DNA from: Oligoflexales bacterium
GTDB taxonomy: Bacteria; Bdellovibrionota_B; Oligoflexia; Oligoflexales; Bog-1112
Direction of reading: 5' to 3'
Assembly: GCA_045106415.1 (NCBI GenBank)
Contig: JBGCEP010000027.1
Location: forward strand, 76,432-140,431
DNA: 64,000 nucleotides
Shown: piece by piece, positions 1 through 10,557 of the stretch
Layout of the letters: every line of letters begins with the position of its first letter
Position numbering within the stretch: position 1 is the stretch's first letter
Position numbers and translations under genes: made by a program
The notes under the pieces: model-generated
Seen by the model: only the letters and a program-made list of their open reading frames with translations
Database searches by the model: none
What the model was told of the DNA's origin: nothing

Positions 1-1
1 C

Positions 2-256
2 GTACCGCAAGAACTTGCTGACAGCTGGCTAGAAGACTTAGAAAGCATTGCTTCTGTCGACGACAGTAAATACCGCCTCGTCGAAATGATGGTCCTTGGG
101 CGAGTCAGAAACCTCGCATCAAATGGCGCATTTAACTTGCTTGATATTAATGAGATGCTGTTCGCCGAAGCAAATGATAATTCAAATCAAGGCCCTTCAC
201 AACAGGGCCCTGATGATATGAATCTCGGCTTGAGTCCTATGAACCTTATTGCCTAA
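2..256 (+). CDS. 3' end of a hypothetical protein, truncated by the window start
   Basis: Open frame from position 2 (VPQELADSWLEDLESI...MNLIA) to TAA at 254-256. It overlaps the stop of the convergent gene. Confidence 0.6.
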   Translation, partial: VPQELADSWLEDLESIASVDDSKYRLVEMMVLGRVRNLASNGAFNLLDINEMLFAEANDNSNQGPSQQGPDDMNLGLSPMNLIA

Positions 257-1160
257 GGCTCACGTCACTTTTTCGAGTTCCTTCCACAGCAATATGTGAA
301 GGAACTTTTTGATTTTCAGTCATCTCTGTTGTATTCACATGAGACATCGCTTCTTGCAGCTGAAAATTCACAAGAGAGCGCGGCGCCCAAAAAACTTGCG
401 ATAGCTCTTGCGCCAAGTCTCTCCTAGGATTGACATCAACAAGAGACTGCATCAATTGCGGCATAGGTACCAATAAAGCTGCTGTAAAGAGCATTTTTTC
501 ATACTCCAACATCTCACGGTCCAATTCACCCAATTCAGGAAATTGTGAGCGCTCCGCTTCAAATACAATTCGAGCTAAATCTCGAACCATGCTCATACGA
601 GCATGAGCCCTGATATCTCCTTTACGGACCTGCAAAGTGTAGTGCCCCGGTTTGGTTCTTAAAACTCTCGTCAAACGATCAAAAATATCGGCCGTTTGCG
701 TTTGAATAAAAGAAAAATAACGGAACACTTCAGGCAAGTACAAAGGCGGCGTCTGCGCTTCAGCTCTGCCTAAAAGATCATGCACAAAATTCAAAACTCT
801 CGTCCGAGTCGGCTGTAGCTGTGAATCCACACACTCCAGAACTTTCTTTCGAATCTGTTTTTGCGCACTCAACTCTGTGTACTCATACCACGCTTCATCT
901 AAAGTGATATGCCCCACTGCCAAGTCATGAATCAAGCCAATATCTGTGACAAGCCCATGAGCTAATTTTTCGAGAGCGAAAATAGAACGGACATTCTTTT
1001 CCCCTCGTTTCCAGTGACTACAGTCTGAGGGCGAAAAACCTAAAATCTGCCCTACTTCTTGATCATGAACTTTGCGATCAGATCTCAAGACGAGAACCTT
1101 ATGGCAAAACTTAAACAACTGCATAGAACTAGGGAACTTAACCGAACCCGTACGCCTCAT
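246..1160 (-). CDS. XRE-like HTH regulator fused to a degenerate ImmA/IrrE-like domain
   Basis: N-terminal HTH-like segment DQEVGQILGFSPSDCSHWKRGEKN. The C-terminal region follows the IrrE pattern (RMSMVRDLARIVF...EKMLFTAALLVPM...ELSQVFWAP) but lacks HExxH. Confidence 0.6.
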   Translation of the reverse strand: MRRTGSVKFPSSMQLFKFCHKVLVLRSDRKVHDQEVGQILGFSPSDCSHWKRGEKNVRSIFALEKLAHGLVTDIGLIHDLAVGHITLDEAWYEYTELSAQKQIRKKVLECVDSQLQPTRTRVLNFVHDLLGRAEAQTPPLYLPEVFRYFSFIQTQTADIFDRLTRVLRTKPGHYTLQVRKGDIRAHARMSMVRDLARIVFEAERSQFPELGELDREMLEYEKMLFTAALLVPMPQLMQSLVDVNPRRDLAQELSQVFWAPRSLVNFQLQEAMSHVNTTEMTENQKVPSHIAVEGTRKSDVSLRQ

Positions 1161-1353
1161 GATCCCTCCAGAAGTGGATGAAGCAACTGCTCAACAAATA
1201 CTCTAAAAATGAGAACTTACCGATCACTATAACGACCGAGACGGTATGGGTCAAGTCCGAGGGGTGACATTTCTAACTCTTATAACTCACTGTCTTTTTA
1301 TAATAATTTTCTAAATCACTAAATACGAGATGGAAGGTAAGGCTTTCTAAAGT

Positions 1354-1881
1354 CTACCGACGCTTCAACAGTAACTTAGAAAGAGGGGTTCCAACCGTTG
1401 TATAAAAAACAAGATAATAAAAAAAATAGCTCCCTCCCCCTAAAAAAATAATATGGCCCCATGAAGACAAGTCCCATAAAAAGGCTATTTTATCTTTTAT
1501 GACATGATGGTCAAAACCAGTAAAAACCCCGACCAAAAGGGTGCAAGCCCACGCTAAAAAACCTAGAAAAGCTATGAAAAAAGTATCAGTAAATAGCAAA
1601 GACAGTACATAAAAAAATCTCATTTTTTTATGTACATCTGGATCTTCATCACGAATTTTTGATTTTTTTTTGTGTAACGTTATATCTTTATCTTGCCGGC
1701 CTACAGGCTCTTCTAAAAGCTCTGGAAGTTGAAGTGATGGCTTCTGTACAGTCTGACATTGTGCAGATTTTGAGATTAAAGCAGCTCGCCCTAAACCCAC
1801 GCCGGGGGACAAGGCCTTTAAGTCTTTGAGCTGCAAGGTATCCGCTCTTTGTAAGCATGATTTTTTCAAAAGACTGTTCAT
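1354..1881 (-). CDS. Hypothetical membrane protein
   Basis: 175 aa ORF with two C-terminal hydrophobic segments, 13 nt downstream of the 108 aa ORF. Confidence 0.6.
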   Translation of the reverse strand: MNSLLKKSCLQRADTLQLKDLKALSPGVGLGRAALISKSAQCQTVQKPSLQLPELLEEPVGRQDKDITLHKKKSKIRDEDPDVHKKMRFFYVLSLLFTDTFFIAFLGFLAWACTLLVGVFTGFDHHVIKDKIAFLWDLSSWGHIIFLGGGSYFFYYLVFYTTVGTPLSKLLLKRR

Positions 1882-1894
1882 ACATTCGATTATA

Positions 1895-2221
1895 CTACGA
1901 AATCATCATAGAGTCCGTGTCGAATTCTTCAGCACTCAACTCTTGTGTCGAACGATACAGTTCTTGCTGCCTTTGGCGTGTACGCTTTTGGTCTTCTTTT
2001 GTGGGTCTTTCTTCAACACGATACGAAGAAACAACTCCCTCGATTGCTTTCATCGCAGCGTCGAAGCACTCATCTGAAAGCTTATGCAAATCTCGTCGAA
2101 GCATTAATATTTGGGCGTTTCGAACAGATAAACGTCCCATTTCAACCCGTGTTTGCTCCACCCGATCAAAATACCAACTCAACTCATGGATGGTCGCTTT
2201 ATTTTCAAAATTCGCGTACAT
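1895..2221 (-). CDS. Hypothetical helical protein
   Basis: 108 aa ORF with AAGGAG RBS before the ATG. Confidence 0.6.
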   Translation of the reverse strand: MYANFENKATIHELSWYFDRVEQTRVEMGRLSVRNAQILMLRRDLHKLSDECFDAAMKAIEGVVSSYRVEERPTKEDQKRTRQRQQELYRSTQELSAEEFDTDSMMIS

Positions 2222-2418
2222 GAAAGCTCCTTAATGATCCCTTCGGAACATGTCTTTGAGTTTCAATAGATATTTTTTTCTTGTTAAGTTCTGTAAAAAA
2301 GGAAACTGTACATCTCAATTTTTTCAATTTTCTAGACTTGTTGTACAAAAGAGGCTATGTCAGAGTCCAGGCGTTCTTTTTCAAGGACTTTAATCTTCAG
2401 ACCAACTTAGGAAAGAAT

Positions 2419-3855
2419 ATGCGAACTCTTTTCGTCCGAAACTCCCTCAGTGGCAAACGAGAACAAATCGTACCCATTCAACCTGGACATATTGGACTCT
2501 ACGCCTGCGGCGTAACCGTCTATGACGATTGCCACATTGGGCATGCCATGCAAGCGATTTTCTTCGATGTGATGCGCCATTATCTTGAGTTCGCAGGCTA
2601 TAAAGTCACCTATGTACGTAACTATACTGATGTCGATGATAAAATCATCCAACGCGCTCAAGAACGTAACATGTCGCCAAAAGATCTCGCTGAAACCATG
2701 ATCAAGTCCAGCGAAAACGACATGCTTGCATTAGGGGTTACTCCTCCAACCCACGCACCAAAAGTCTCTGAAAGCATTAACGACATTATTGAGCTCATTG
2801 AGACGCTCATTCAAAAAGACGCAGCTTATTCTGTTCAGGGTGACGTATATTACAGGGTTCGTTCTAAAAAAGACTACGGAAAACTCTCGAACCGTCACAT
2901 TGATGATTTGCGGTCTGGAGCTAGAATTGCTCAAGGCGACATTAAAGAAGACCCTTTAGACTTTGCATTATGGAAAGCTGACACAACAAAAGACGCGAGC
3001 TGGAAAAGTCCTTGGGGCCAAGGACGGCCAGGGTGGCACATTGAGTGCTCAGCAATGTCTCATAAAATTCTTGGCCCACAGTTTGATCTACACGGTGGTG
3101 GGCGAGACCTTATTTTTCCACATCATGAAAATGAAATCGCGCAATCAGAATCTGCGCATGGTTGCCAGTACGCTAAATACTGGCTTCATTCTGGGCTTTT
3201 AACCATCCAGCATCAAAAAATGTCTAAAAGCCTTGGGAACTCAATCACAATTCAAAAATTCCTAGAACAATGGCCCGCTGAAGTTCTAAGAATTGCTTAT
3301 CTTCATAATCACTACGCTTCTAATGTTGACCTGAGTAATGAAGTCTTTTCAAGATGCTTACGAAAACTCATTTACGCATATGAAACTCTTTGTCGCCTTC
3401 ACGTATCTCTTAAAGACACCCCTAAGTCAGAAGGGTTGGCTGACACCGAAGAAGAGTTTCACAAATGCATGAGCGATGACTTTAATACACCTGTCGCCAT
3501 GAGCATTGTGAACCAATCTCTAAAATTAATAAATCGTTTACTCGCTAAAAAACCAACTCCAGAAAATATCAAAATTCTCAGCCAGCACGCACACACCTTA
3601 AAAAGTATAGGCCAAGTTCTTGGGCTTTTCCAAGCCGAGCCACAAAGCTTTTTAAAAACCTTAAGAGCAAGGCTACTCTCTGAAATCGGCCTCCAAGAGG
3701 CTGAAATTCAAAATAAAATTTCAGAAAGAAATCAAGCGCGATCTGATAAAAATTGGGCTGAAAGCGATCGTATTCGCGATGAACTTCTTAAACACGGAAT
3801 CCTTATCTGTGACCACCAAACAGGCACAACCTGGAGTGTCCAACCAGAAGAATAA
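2419..3855 (+). CDS. cysS: Cysteine--tRNA ligase
   Basis: [19 protein letters not shown] and KMSKS motifs. Start moved to ATG 2419 behind AGGA. Confidence 0.98.
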   Translation: MRTLFVRNSLSGKREQIVPIQPGHIGLYACGVTVYDDCHIGHAMQAIFFDVMRHYLEFAGYKVTYVRNYTDVDDKIIQRAQERNMSPKDLAETMIKSSENDMLALGVTPPTHAPKVSESINDIIELIETLIQKDAAYSVQGDVYYRVRSKKDYGKLSNRHIDDLRSGARIAQGDIKEDPLDFALWKADTTKDASWKSPWGQGRPGWHIECSAMSHKILGPQFDLHGGGRDLIFPHHENEIAQSESAHGCQYAKYWLHSGLLTIQHQKMSKSLGNSITIQKFLEQWPAEVLRIAYLHNHYASNVDLSNEVFSRCLRKLIYAYETLCRLHVSLKDTPKSEGLADTEEEFHKCMSDDFNTPVAMSIVNQSLKLINRLLAKKPTPENIKILSQHAHTLKSIGQVLGLFQAEPQSFLKTLRARLLSEIGLQEAEIQNKISERNQARSDKNWAESDRIRDELLKHGILICDHQTGTTWSVQPEE

Positions 3856-3858
3856 AAC

Positions 3859-3915
3859 TAGATGAGTCATAAAAAAAGCCAGATGTTAAATCTGGATTTT
3901 TTTATGACTCATCTA
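3859..3915. terminator. Bidirectional intrinsic terminator between cysS and greA
   Basis: Long near-perfect inverted repeat tagatgagtcataaaaaaagccaga / tctggatttttttatgactcatcta between convergent genes. Confidence 0.85.
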
Positions 3916-3926
3916 AATCGTTAAAT

Positions 3927-4409
3927 TTAATAGTGTATAGAAACCACTTCAAATTCTCGAAGACCTTTCGGTGCTTTAAACTCAATAGGATCACCAATCA
4001 TTCGACCCAACAGCGCTTTTGCAAGTGGAGAACTAATAGAAAGTAAGTTTCTTTCAATATCAGCCTCTAAATCACCAACAATACGATACTCTTTCTCTTC
4101 TCCTGAATCGACATCTTCTAACTTGACGTAAGCCCCAAAACGCACTTTATCGCTATTGTGCTCACCGTCAGAGTTTTCAATAACTTGCGCACGTGCAAGT
4201 TTATCTTCAAGCTCTGCAATGCGTGCCTCAATAAGCCCTTGGCGCTCACGAGCAGCATGATACTCAGCGTTTTCTTTTAAATCGCCATGTGAACGCGCTT
4301 CAGCAATAGACTCAATAACAGATGGACGATCTTCAACTTTTAACCGTTTCAACTCGACAGTCAAAACATTATGACCCTCGCGAGTTAACGGGACAGATTC
4401 AACACTCAT
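3927..4409 (-). CDS. greA: Transcription elongation factor GreA
   Basis: ARSHGDLKENAEYHAA and ISSPLAKALLG motifs. Confidence 0.98.
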   Translation of the reverse strand: MSVESVPLTREGHNVLTVELKRLKVEDRPSVIESIAEARSHGDLKENAEYHAARERQGLIEARIAELEDKLARAQVIENSDGEHNSDKVRFGAYVKLEDVDSGEEKEYRIVGDLEADIERNLLSISSPLAKALLGRMIGDPIEFKAPKGLREFEVVSIHY

Positions 4410-4440
4410 TTTTTAAACCTCTTCAACTTTACAGCGCCCC

Positions 4441-5844
4441 TTAAAAACTATGAGTCGCAGAAAAAGCAAATGTTGAAGAAACAGCTTCAATATCTTGAAT
4501 CACTGAATCTCCAAGTTTCTGTGCCTTTCCGCTTCCTTGTTGGAACACTACACCAGCACCAATTTGACTATTCGGTTGCACCCACGATGCAAAAAGAGAG
4601 GCACCGCTATAATCAACATGATCATTTTGACCTGCATATTGCTCACTCACTTCCGGTCTCGCATCATTATTTGTAAAGATACCGACTCGTACCGGAACCG
4701 CTGGCACCACATAGTACTCCATACCTGCCGCTGCATTCAAGACCTGATTTCGTTCGTAGTAATAACGATCCTTAGCAGCACCCCCATCTTGAACAGCAGC
4801 AAAGACTCCTTCTTTCTCTCCTTTAGACGCTGTTGTGAGAATAACATCTGTCGTCACAAGCAACCTTGTGGAACCAAACCATGCCACACCAGCTCTTAAT
4901 TCATCTGGATATTTCGACCCTAAAGGATTGCTAGACTCTGATTCAATAAGGGTTCTTTGAATACCAGCTGTACTCTTCGTAGGTATCATTCCACCATTTG
5001 CTTCTTCAACAGACGTATTATCAGCGGAAACTAGCTGGAGATTAAGGCCCTCTGTCGCCACATCATACAGTTGACTGACATAGGCTCCTCCGATTTTTGC
5101 AGTCAAACCGAGGGCAACATCTCCAAAAACATACTGAGCACCAAAAACAGGTTGGATTGCCATAGCACTTAAGGATTCTCGTACATTCAAAGCGCGACGC
5201 GTGTAATTATTTGTACATGATTCTGACTGGCTCACATCCTGATAAACCTGTGTCAACTCATCAATCCCATAATAGTTCAACCCAAAACCTAAAGAGAAAT
5301 TATTCGAAATTCTATAACCAGCTCCAGCCGCATACAATGAGGTTGTCGCTTTTTGGTTCACAACTCGATGATACCGGTGAAGAAGGTTTGAACCACTTGT
5401 ACCATCATCACAGGTTCTTGAGCTCAACACCTGAGCCTCATTCTCTTTAATCAGATCGTTCTGCTCTTTTTGCTCCCCATCAAGAGTCATAATCCCAAAA
5501 GCAAACACAAGACCTTTTTCAATATGATCCAACTTATTCAACCCTCCAAAGAAAGACGGCAGGCTCCCTCCGCTTTCTTCGACAAAGTCTTTACCTGCAA
5601 TTGTGCCCTTATATGTGACTGTTCTGCTGTAGAGTGCGTTAGCAGAACCTGAAATATCGTTTGAAAGTGCAAAAGCCAAGCCTGCTGGGTTATAAAAAAC
5701 ACCAGAGGCATCATCAGAAACACCAACAAACGCGCCTCCTAGGCCAATCGCTCTATCTCCAATCAAAACATTTGAATAGTGGTATTGATCAGCCAGGGCC
5801 TGAACAGGAACACTCAATAACAGCATCAATAAAACATGGTGCAT
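4441..5844 (-). CDS. FadL/OmpP1-like outer-membrane beta-barrel protein
   Basis: Signal peptide, IGDRAIGLGGAFVGVSDDASGVFYNPAGLAF N-terminal motif, amphipathic strands and C-terminal Phe. Confidence 0.8.
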   Translation of the reverse strand: MHHVLLMLLLSVPVQALADQYHYSNVLIGDRAIGLGGAFVGVSDDASGVFYNPAGLAFALSNDISGSANALYSRTVTYKGTIAGKDFVEESGGSLPSFFGGLNKLDHIEKGLVFAFGIMTLDGEQKEQNDLIKENEAQVLSSRTCDDGTSGSNLLHRYHRVVNQKATTSLYAAGAGYRISNNFSLGFGLNYYGIDELTQVYQDVSQSESCTNNYTRRALNVRESLSAMAIQPVFGAQYVFGDVALGLTAKIGGAYVSQLYDVATEGLNLQLVSADNTSVEEANGGMIPTKSTAGIQRTLIESESSNPLGSKYPDELRAGVAWFGSTRLLVTTDVILTTASKGEKEGVFAAVQDGGAAKDRYYYERNQVLNAAAGMEYYVVPAVPVRVGIFTNNDARPEVSEQYAGQNDHVDYSGASLFASWVQPNSQIGAGVVFQQGSGKAQKLGDSVIQDIEAVSSTFAFSATHSF

Positions 5845-5871
5845 AGCTCTTCTCCGTATGGTTGTTTGAAA

Positions 5872-6855
5872 TTATATTTTTGTGTTCTTTCTAGATTGAG
5901 GAAGAACTTTATAAAACTGTTGATATCTTTCTTTACCAATCGCACCCACCATTTGATGAGCTTTCATGCTTCGCAGTAGTTTTACAATTTTACGTTGTCG
6001 ATTGATCACTGTGGGATGAGTTTTCTCAAGAGTTTTAAGTTTCGTATGTTTTTTACCTTGCTCTAAGCGCTGTAAAAAATGCAACATTCCTTTTGGCTCA
6101 TAACCCGCTCGAATAGCATACTTGACCCCTAGCTGATCGGCCTCATACTCTAATTTTTGATCAAGCCCTTTTTCCAGAATAACTGACATACCCGCAGAGG
6201 CTGCTTGAAGTAAGCTAAGACCTGTTCCAGAGGAGCCTGAAAGATATCGAGCGAGCTTATCACCTGTTGCTGACTTTTCAGCATCAGGACGTTTGCGAAC
6301 ACGCATCGAGTATGGCTTTCCTTTTTCATTTTTCTTTCTGCTATCTAATTCTTTTGCTTGATCTGTTCTTTCCTTTTCATCCATTGACCGCAAAGTATCA
6401 AACATATGACGACGGCCAACATGGGCAACCTCATGCCCCAGAATCGCTGCTAATTCAGCTTCTGTTTTAATCTTTTTCAACGCTCCAAGAGTAATTAAAA
6501 TATACCCTCCTGGGCATGCAAAAGCGTTCACAGCTTCCGTATCCAAAATAGCAAACATATAGCGACGCTCAGGAGCATCACTGTAAGTGCCTATGTAGTT
6601 TCCTACTTTATTTAAGTATTCAACTGTCGAACGATCACCATAAGTTCCATAATACGTAAGGAGACGGCCAGCCATATTACGACCAATTTCAACCTCTGCT
6701 TGATATTCTTCTACTTTTTTCTGCAACGCTTTCTTTTGGCTAGAAAGTTTCACTTCAGAAGCACATCCTGCTCCCAAAGTTGCTACCAAAGCAGCAATGC
6801 AAAAAATATAAAGATCGTTTTTTTTGAACCGAAACCGCATGCAAGCCTCATTCAT
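5872..6855 (-). CDS. M48 family Zn metalloprotease lipoprotein
   Basis: Lipobox LGAGC, VNAFACPGG, HEVAH, EYEADQLG and THP motifs. Confidence 0.92.
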   Translation of the reverse strand: MNEACMRFRFKKNDLYIFCIAALVATLGAGCASEVKLSSQKKALQKKVEEYQAEVEIGRNMAGRLLTYYGTYGDRSTVEYLNKVGNYIGTYSDAPERRYMFAILDTEAVNAFACPGGYILITLGALKKIKTEAELAAILGHEVAHVGRRHMFDTLRSMDEKERTDQAKELDSRKKNEKGKPYSMRVRKRPDAEKSATGDKLARYLSGSSGTGLSLLQAASAGMSVILEKGLDQKLEYEADQLGVKYAIRAGYEPKGMLHFLQRLEQGKKHTKLKTLEKTHPTVINRQRKIVKLLRSMKAHQMVGAIGKERYQQFYKVLPQSRKNTKI

Positions 6856-7002
6856 CTCAAATAGCTATATAGAGATATTGTATTGCGTGGCTTTCAAAGG
6901 GTGTGAGGCAAAAAGTAGTCACTTTTAATCGCTGAACTTATTAAATCCAAAACAAATGCACTGTCAAAAATAACCTTCGCCACCGCACACTAGGTTTTCA
7001 CA

Positions 7003-7037
7003 AAAAAACCAGTAACCTCAATTGTTACTGGTTTTTT
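7003..7037. terminator. Intrinsic terminator-like hairpin after the SH3 gene
   Basis: aaaaaaccagtaac-ctcaatt-gttactggtttttt. Confidence 0.7.
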
Positions 7038-7066
7038 AAAAATCGTTTATTTATTGGATAATGCCG

Positions 7067-7576
7067 TCACTTAGCTCTTTTCTCAAGTTCTGCAAAAACC
7101 ATATTTTCATGTTTTTTTATGTCCTTACGAGAAAGAACGACATCTTCCATATTATAAACATGTCTGAGATTCGGCTTAACATTTCCAGCAAATGCTGTTT
7201 CCTCACTCTCATCCAAACCTCTCACACCCATCACAGCAGATCTTTGTCGATTGTTACCAGCATCATTTTCATCACGGCCTTGTTTCACAGCCTCACGAAT
7301 CGCCCCAGCAAGACCATCCTCTTCTTTAGAGACCTTATGCGTCACTTTCGTGATAGATATATAAGCAATTGCACCCTTCACTTTAACTTGCCAATACATC
7401 CCCTCTCTTTCAACACTATCTAAAGTGTCGCCCTTTTTAAGGGTCTGTACCACAGGCGATTTTTTGCTTGGCTTTGAATACACCAAAGCTTTTTTCTTCT
7501 TAACTACAACAGTACCGGCATACAACGGACTGACCATCCAAAACGCTAAAAAGCTTAAAGTTATCAAATTTTTCAT
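7067..7576 (-). CDS. Secreted SH3b-domain protein
   Basis: Signal peptide, SH3b pattern (YSKPSKKSPVVQTLKKGD...WQVKV...AYIS) and C-terminal SAVMGVRGLDE segment. Confidence 0.8.
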   Translation of the reverse strand: MKNLITLSFLAFWMVSPLYAGTVVVKKKKALVYSKPSKKSPVVQTLKKGDTLDSVEREGMYWQVKVKGAIAYISITKVTHKVSKEEDGLAGAIREAVKQGRDENDAGNNRQRSAVMGVRGLDESEETAFAGNVKPNLRHVYNMEDVVLSRKDIKKHENMVFAELEKRAK

Positions 7577-7780
7577 AATAAGCCTCCTTCAGACTTCATA
7601 AGCCACTTCGACCTCACACAGCAAAGCCTTGAGCCTTATGTCTTCACACCTAAAAAACAGCATGAATTCAAAGAGTTCTTCATTGAGTATCATGAATGAT
7701 TCAAAGGTGAGAATATAGAGACTCAGAAGAACCTCAAATTCCATGAGGCCTTCTAAAAAGAAAAAACATATGAATTTCAA

Positions 7781-8986
7781 TTAAGTAGGGGGCATAAGCC
7801 GAACAAAGGTTTTTTTCCCTTTTCGAACAACCACACCTCGCTCGGTAAGATTCACCTGGCTATTTGGGTCGGTTTGCTTTTCACCATCAAGGTGTATCCC
7901 TCCTTGTTGAACAAGCCTTCGCCCTTCCCCTTTTGATGGGACCAACTTGGCTTCAACAAGAAGGTCCAGCAAAACACCTGACGTCACTGAAACAGTAAAC
8001 TCAGGAGCACTCTCCCCATCTTTTTTGCTAAAAAGCTCACGTGCTTTCTTAGCCAGGTCACTAGCAATCTCAGCACCATGAACAAAACTAGTGACAGCTT
8101 CCGCCAAAGATTCTTTTGCTTTGTTAAGAGTTGCGCCACCCTCTTTTGTAAGGTCTTCAACAGTCTCCAGTGAGAGATCTGTTAACCATAACAAACACTT
8201 CCGCACAACCTCATCTTCAACATTTCGCCAGTACTGGTAAAAATCCCATGGAGATGTAAGCTCTGGGTCCAGCCAAACAGTTCCTTTTTCTGTTTTTCCC
8301 ATTTTGCGGCCATCAGAGGTTGTTAAGAGAGGCACAGTCAATACAAAGCTCTGTTTTTGATCCATTCTCCTTATAAGATCAACACCTGCCAGCATATTGC
8401 TCCATTGGTCATCGCCACCCATTTGGACTGTAAGATCATACTGGCGGTTCAACTCGCGAAAGTCATACGCCTGCAAAAGCATATATCCCATTTCAAAAAA
8501 CGTCAGCCCACTTCCGAGACGAGCTTTAAAAGCTTCAGCTGCTAACATTTTGGAGACTGGAAAGTGGCTCCCAACTTCTCTCATAAATTCTAAAAAGTTG
8601 AGTCCTGACAACCACTCAGAATTATTTACAAATTGACCTTGCCCTTCCCCTAGCTGCAGCACACGAAGAAACTGTGCCGTTTGGCATGCGATATGCTCCT
8701 GCACCTTGGCATCGTCTAACAACTGTCGCATTTCAGTTTTCCCTGAAGGATCACCAATACGCCCTGTACCACCACCTAGAAGGACAACAACTTTATGTCC
8801 GCTTTGCTTCCATCGTTTCAGAGCCATCAAAGGCAACAAATGCCCAGCAGTTAAACTCGGTGCTGTGGGGTCAAAGCCAATATAAGCACTACGAGGTTGT
8901 TCCTTCATATGCTTTTGAAGTTCTTCTCGATGACTTATTTGAGCCACCATTTCTCTTGCTTCCATTAACTCAATAAAATCAGTCAT
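7781..8986 (-). CDS. tyrS: Tyrosine--tRNA ligase
   Basis: YIGFDPTA, QMGGDDQW, KMGKT and C-terminal S4 domain. Confidence 0.98.
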   Translation of the reverse strand: MTDFIELMEAREMVAQISHREELQKHMKEQPRSAYIGFDPTAPSLTAGHLLPLMALKRWKQSGHKVVVLLGGGTGRIGDPSGKTEMRQLLDDAKVQEHIACQTAQFLRVLQLGEGQGQFVNNSEWLSGLNFLEFMREVGSHFPVSKMLAAEAFKARLGSGLTFFEMGYMLLQAYDFRELNRQYDLTVQMGGDDQWSNMLAGVDLIRRMDQKQSFVLTVPLLTTSDGRKMGKTEKGTVWLDPELTSPWDFYQYWRNVEDEVVRKCLLWLTDLSLETVEDLTKEGGATLNKAKESLAEAVTSFVHGAEIASDLAKKARELFSKKDGESAPEFTVSVTSGVLLDLLVEAKLVPSKGEGRRLVQQGGIHLDGEKQTDPNSQVNLTERGVVVRKGKKTFVRLMPPT

Positions 8987-9076
8987 GCCTACCTCGTATA
9001 CTTGCGTTCACACGAGGCTGCTACATACCATATTTAAGAAGCAAACGCTGCAATCTATACTTCATCGGAGAAATTC

Positions 9077-9631
9077 ATGCCTCTTCTCACCGAGCTCCCT
9101 AAGCCTGTCCTCTTTATAGGAGCTGCTCATTCAGGGAAATCCATTTCCGCTATGGACACTATGAAAAAAACACAAGGAGCTGATATTATAGGAACTTGTG
9201 ACCCCGCAGACCCTTTCTTCACAGAAAAAATCACCAATCTAAAAAAATTTCGTCCCTCGACTTGGTCGAGTCACGACTCTGCCACAAACCTTCTTCAACA
9301 ACTTTCTCAATGCCAGCATTCACAAATCCTCATTGACTCAGCATCTCAATGGTTAGCTCACATCGCACTTTCAAGTACAAAAGAACACTATGAAGCCATT
9401 GATCAAGAGATAAAAGAGCACGGCCTTCAACTCGCACAAACCATCGTTGACATGTCCGACGCAAAAAACATAACAATAACAACAGCTGAAGCTGGCTACG
9501 ATTTTTCACCACAGAACCCTGTTTCTCGAATATTGAGAAATAGAATTTGCGAACTCAATAAAGAACTTGCACGAATTTCACGTTCCGTTGTCCACGTAGT
9601 TGCAGGTATCCCCCATGTCATTAAAAAATGA
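9077..9631 (+). CDS. cobU: Adenosylcobinamide kinase / guanylyltransferase (CobU/CobP family), divergent
   Basis: IGAAHSGKS P-loop, LIDSASQWL, and the LNKELA...VVAGIP C-terminus typical of CobU. Confidence 0.75.
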   Translation: MPLLTELPKPVLFIGAAHSGKSISAMDTMKKTQGADIIGTCDPADPFFTEKITNLKKFRPSTWSSHDSATNLLQQLSQCQHSQILIDSASQWLAHIALSSTKEHYEAIDQEIKEHGLQLAQTIVDMSDAKNITITTAEAGYDFSPQNPVSRILRNRICELNKELARISRSVVHVVAGIPHVIKK

Positions 9632-9708
9632 TTCGGCAAAACATTCACCTCCAGAGAGGTGGCACACAACCGATAGGTCTACCGTATGGATAGAACAAAG
9701 AGCTTCCA

Positions 9709-10557
9709 ATGTTAGCCAAGGTATTTCAAAACTTATGCACCGCCTTCTTTCTCGTTGGTTGCACCTATTCCAATGCTCCAAAAATACAAGTTTCAGTCGA
9801 CAACCTCCGAGAAAAAAAACAAATTCAACGCGTTCTTGTGCTCCGCAACCCATTTCTACCTGAACACATTACCCATGAGCAACTTGTCGATCACGCCGAC
9901 AGGACTTGGCCAGAAAGAAATGTCAAAAATTCTCTACAGATTGAAATCTTATCTGAAATTCACATGAGTCAATTTGCACAAATTATGCCATTAGAATGGT
10001 ATCGAGAATTAAAAAACAACCCTTCTGAATGGGAGGATTCTCAACAAGAACAATATCAATCAATACATACACCAGATCCTTTACTACTCAAAAGACAGCA
10101 CAAAACTCAAGGAAACGCACAGATTCAAGATCCAAGAATTCTGGTCCAAGGTGTAAAAAATGAACATGAAATACTTTATCATTTAAACTCTTCCTTTGAA
10201 GAAAAAAACTCTGAAAAGATATTTCAAATTTTCGATCAAGAAAAAAAATTTTTTGCAAATATCGCTCGTTTAAATACATGGATGTTTCAAAAACTCGATG
10301 TGGATTATTTAGTTCTTATTGATATTAACGGTGACGAAAAAGACTACAATGCAGGCAAAAAAGTTTTATTTCGAGTGACTGTCATCGATTCAACGACAGG
10401 GTGGATCCGGGCTTCATTGACTTTACCTATACGCCAAGGGACACTTGAAATGCCGTTTCCTTCACGACTTGCTCTTGTTTCAACTAGAGCCTTTGACGAA
10501 CTTCGCGACTTCGAGGATTTGATAGAACTTCCAGAGATAACCTCAGCTGAACCCTAA
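9709..10557 (+). CDS. Hypothetical lipoprotein
   Basis: Lipobox LVGC, 282 aa. Confidence 0.7.
   Translation: MLAKVFQNLCTAFFLVGCTYSNAPKIQVSVDNLREKKQIQRVLVLRNPFLPEHITHEQLVDHADRTWPERNVKNSLQIEILSEIHMSQFAQIMPLEWYRELKNNPSEWEDSQQEQYQSIHTPDPLLLKRQHKTQGNAQIQDPRILVQGVKNEHEILYHLNSSFEEKNSEKIFQIFDQEKKFFANIARLNTWMFQKLDVDYLVLIDINGDEKDYNAGKKVLFRVTVIDSTTGWIRASLTLPIRQGTLEMPFPSRLALVSTRAFDELRDFEDLIELPEITSAEP

Noticed and set aside
7589-7780. 63 aa ORF and imperfect inverted repeat between tyrS and the SH3 gene
   Set aside because: Low-complexity Phe/Leu-rich translation with no clear RBS. The repeat is too imperfect to call.
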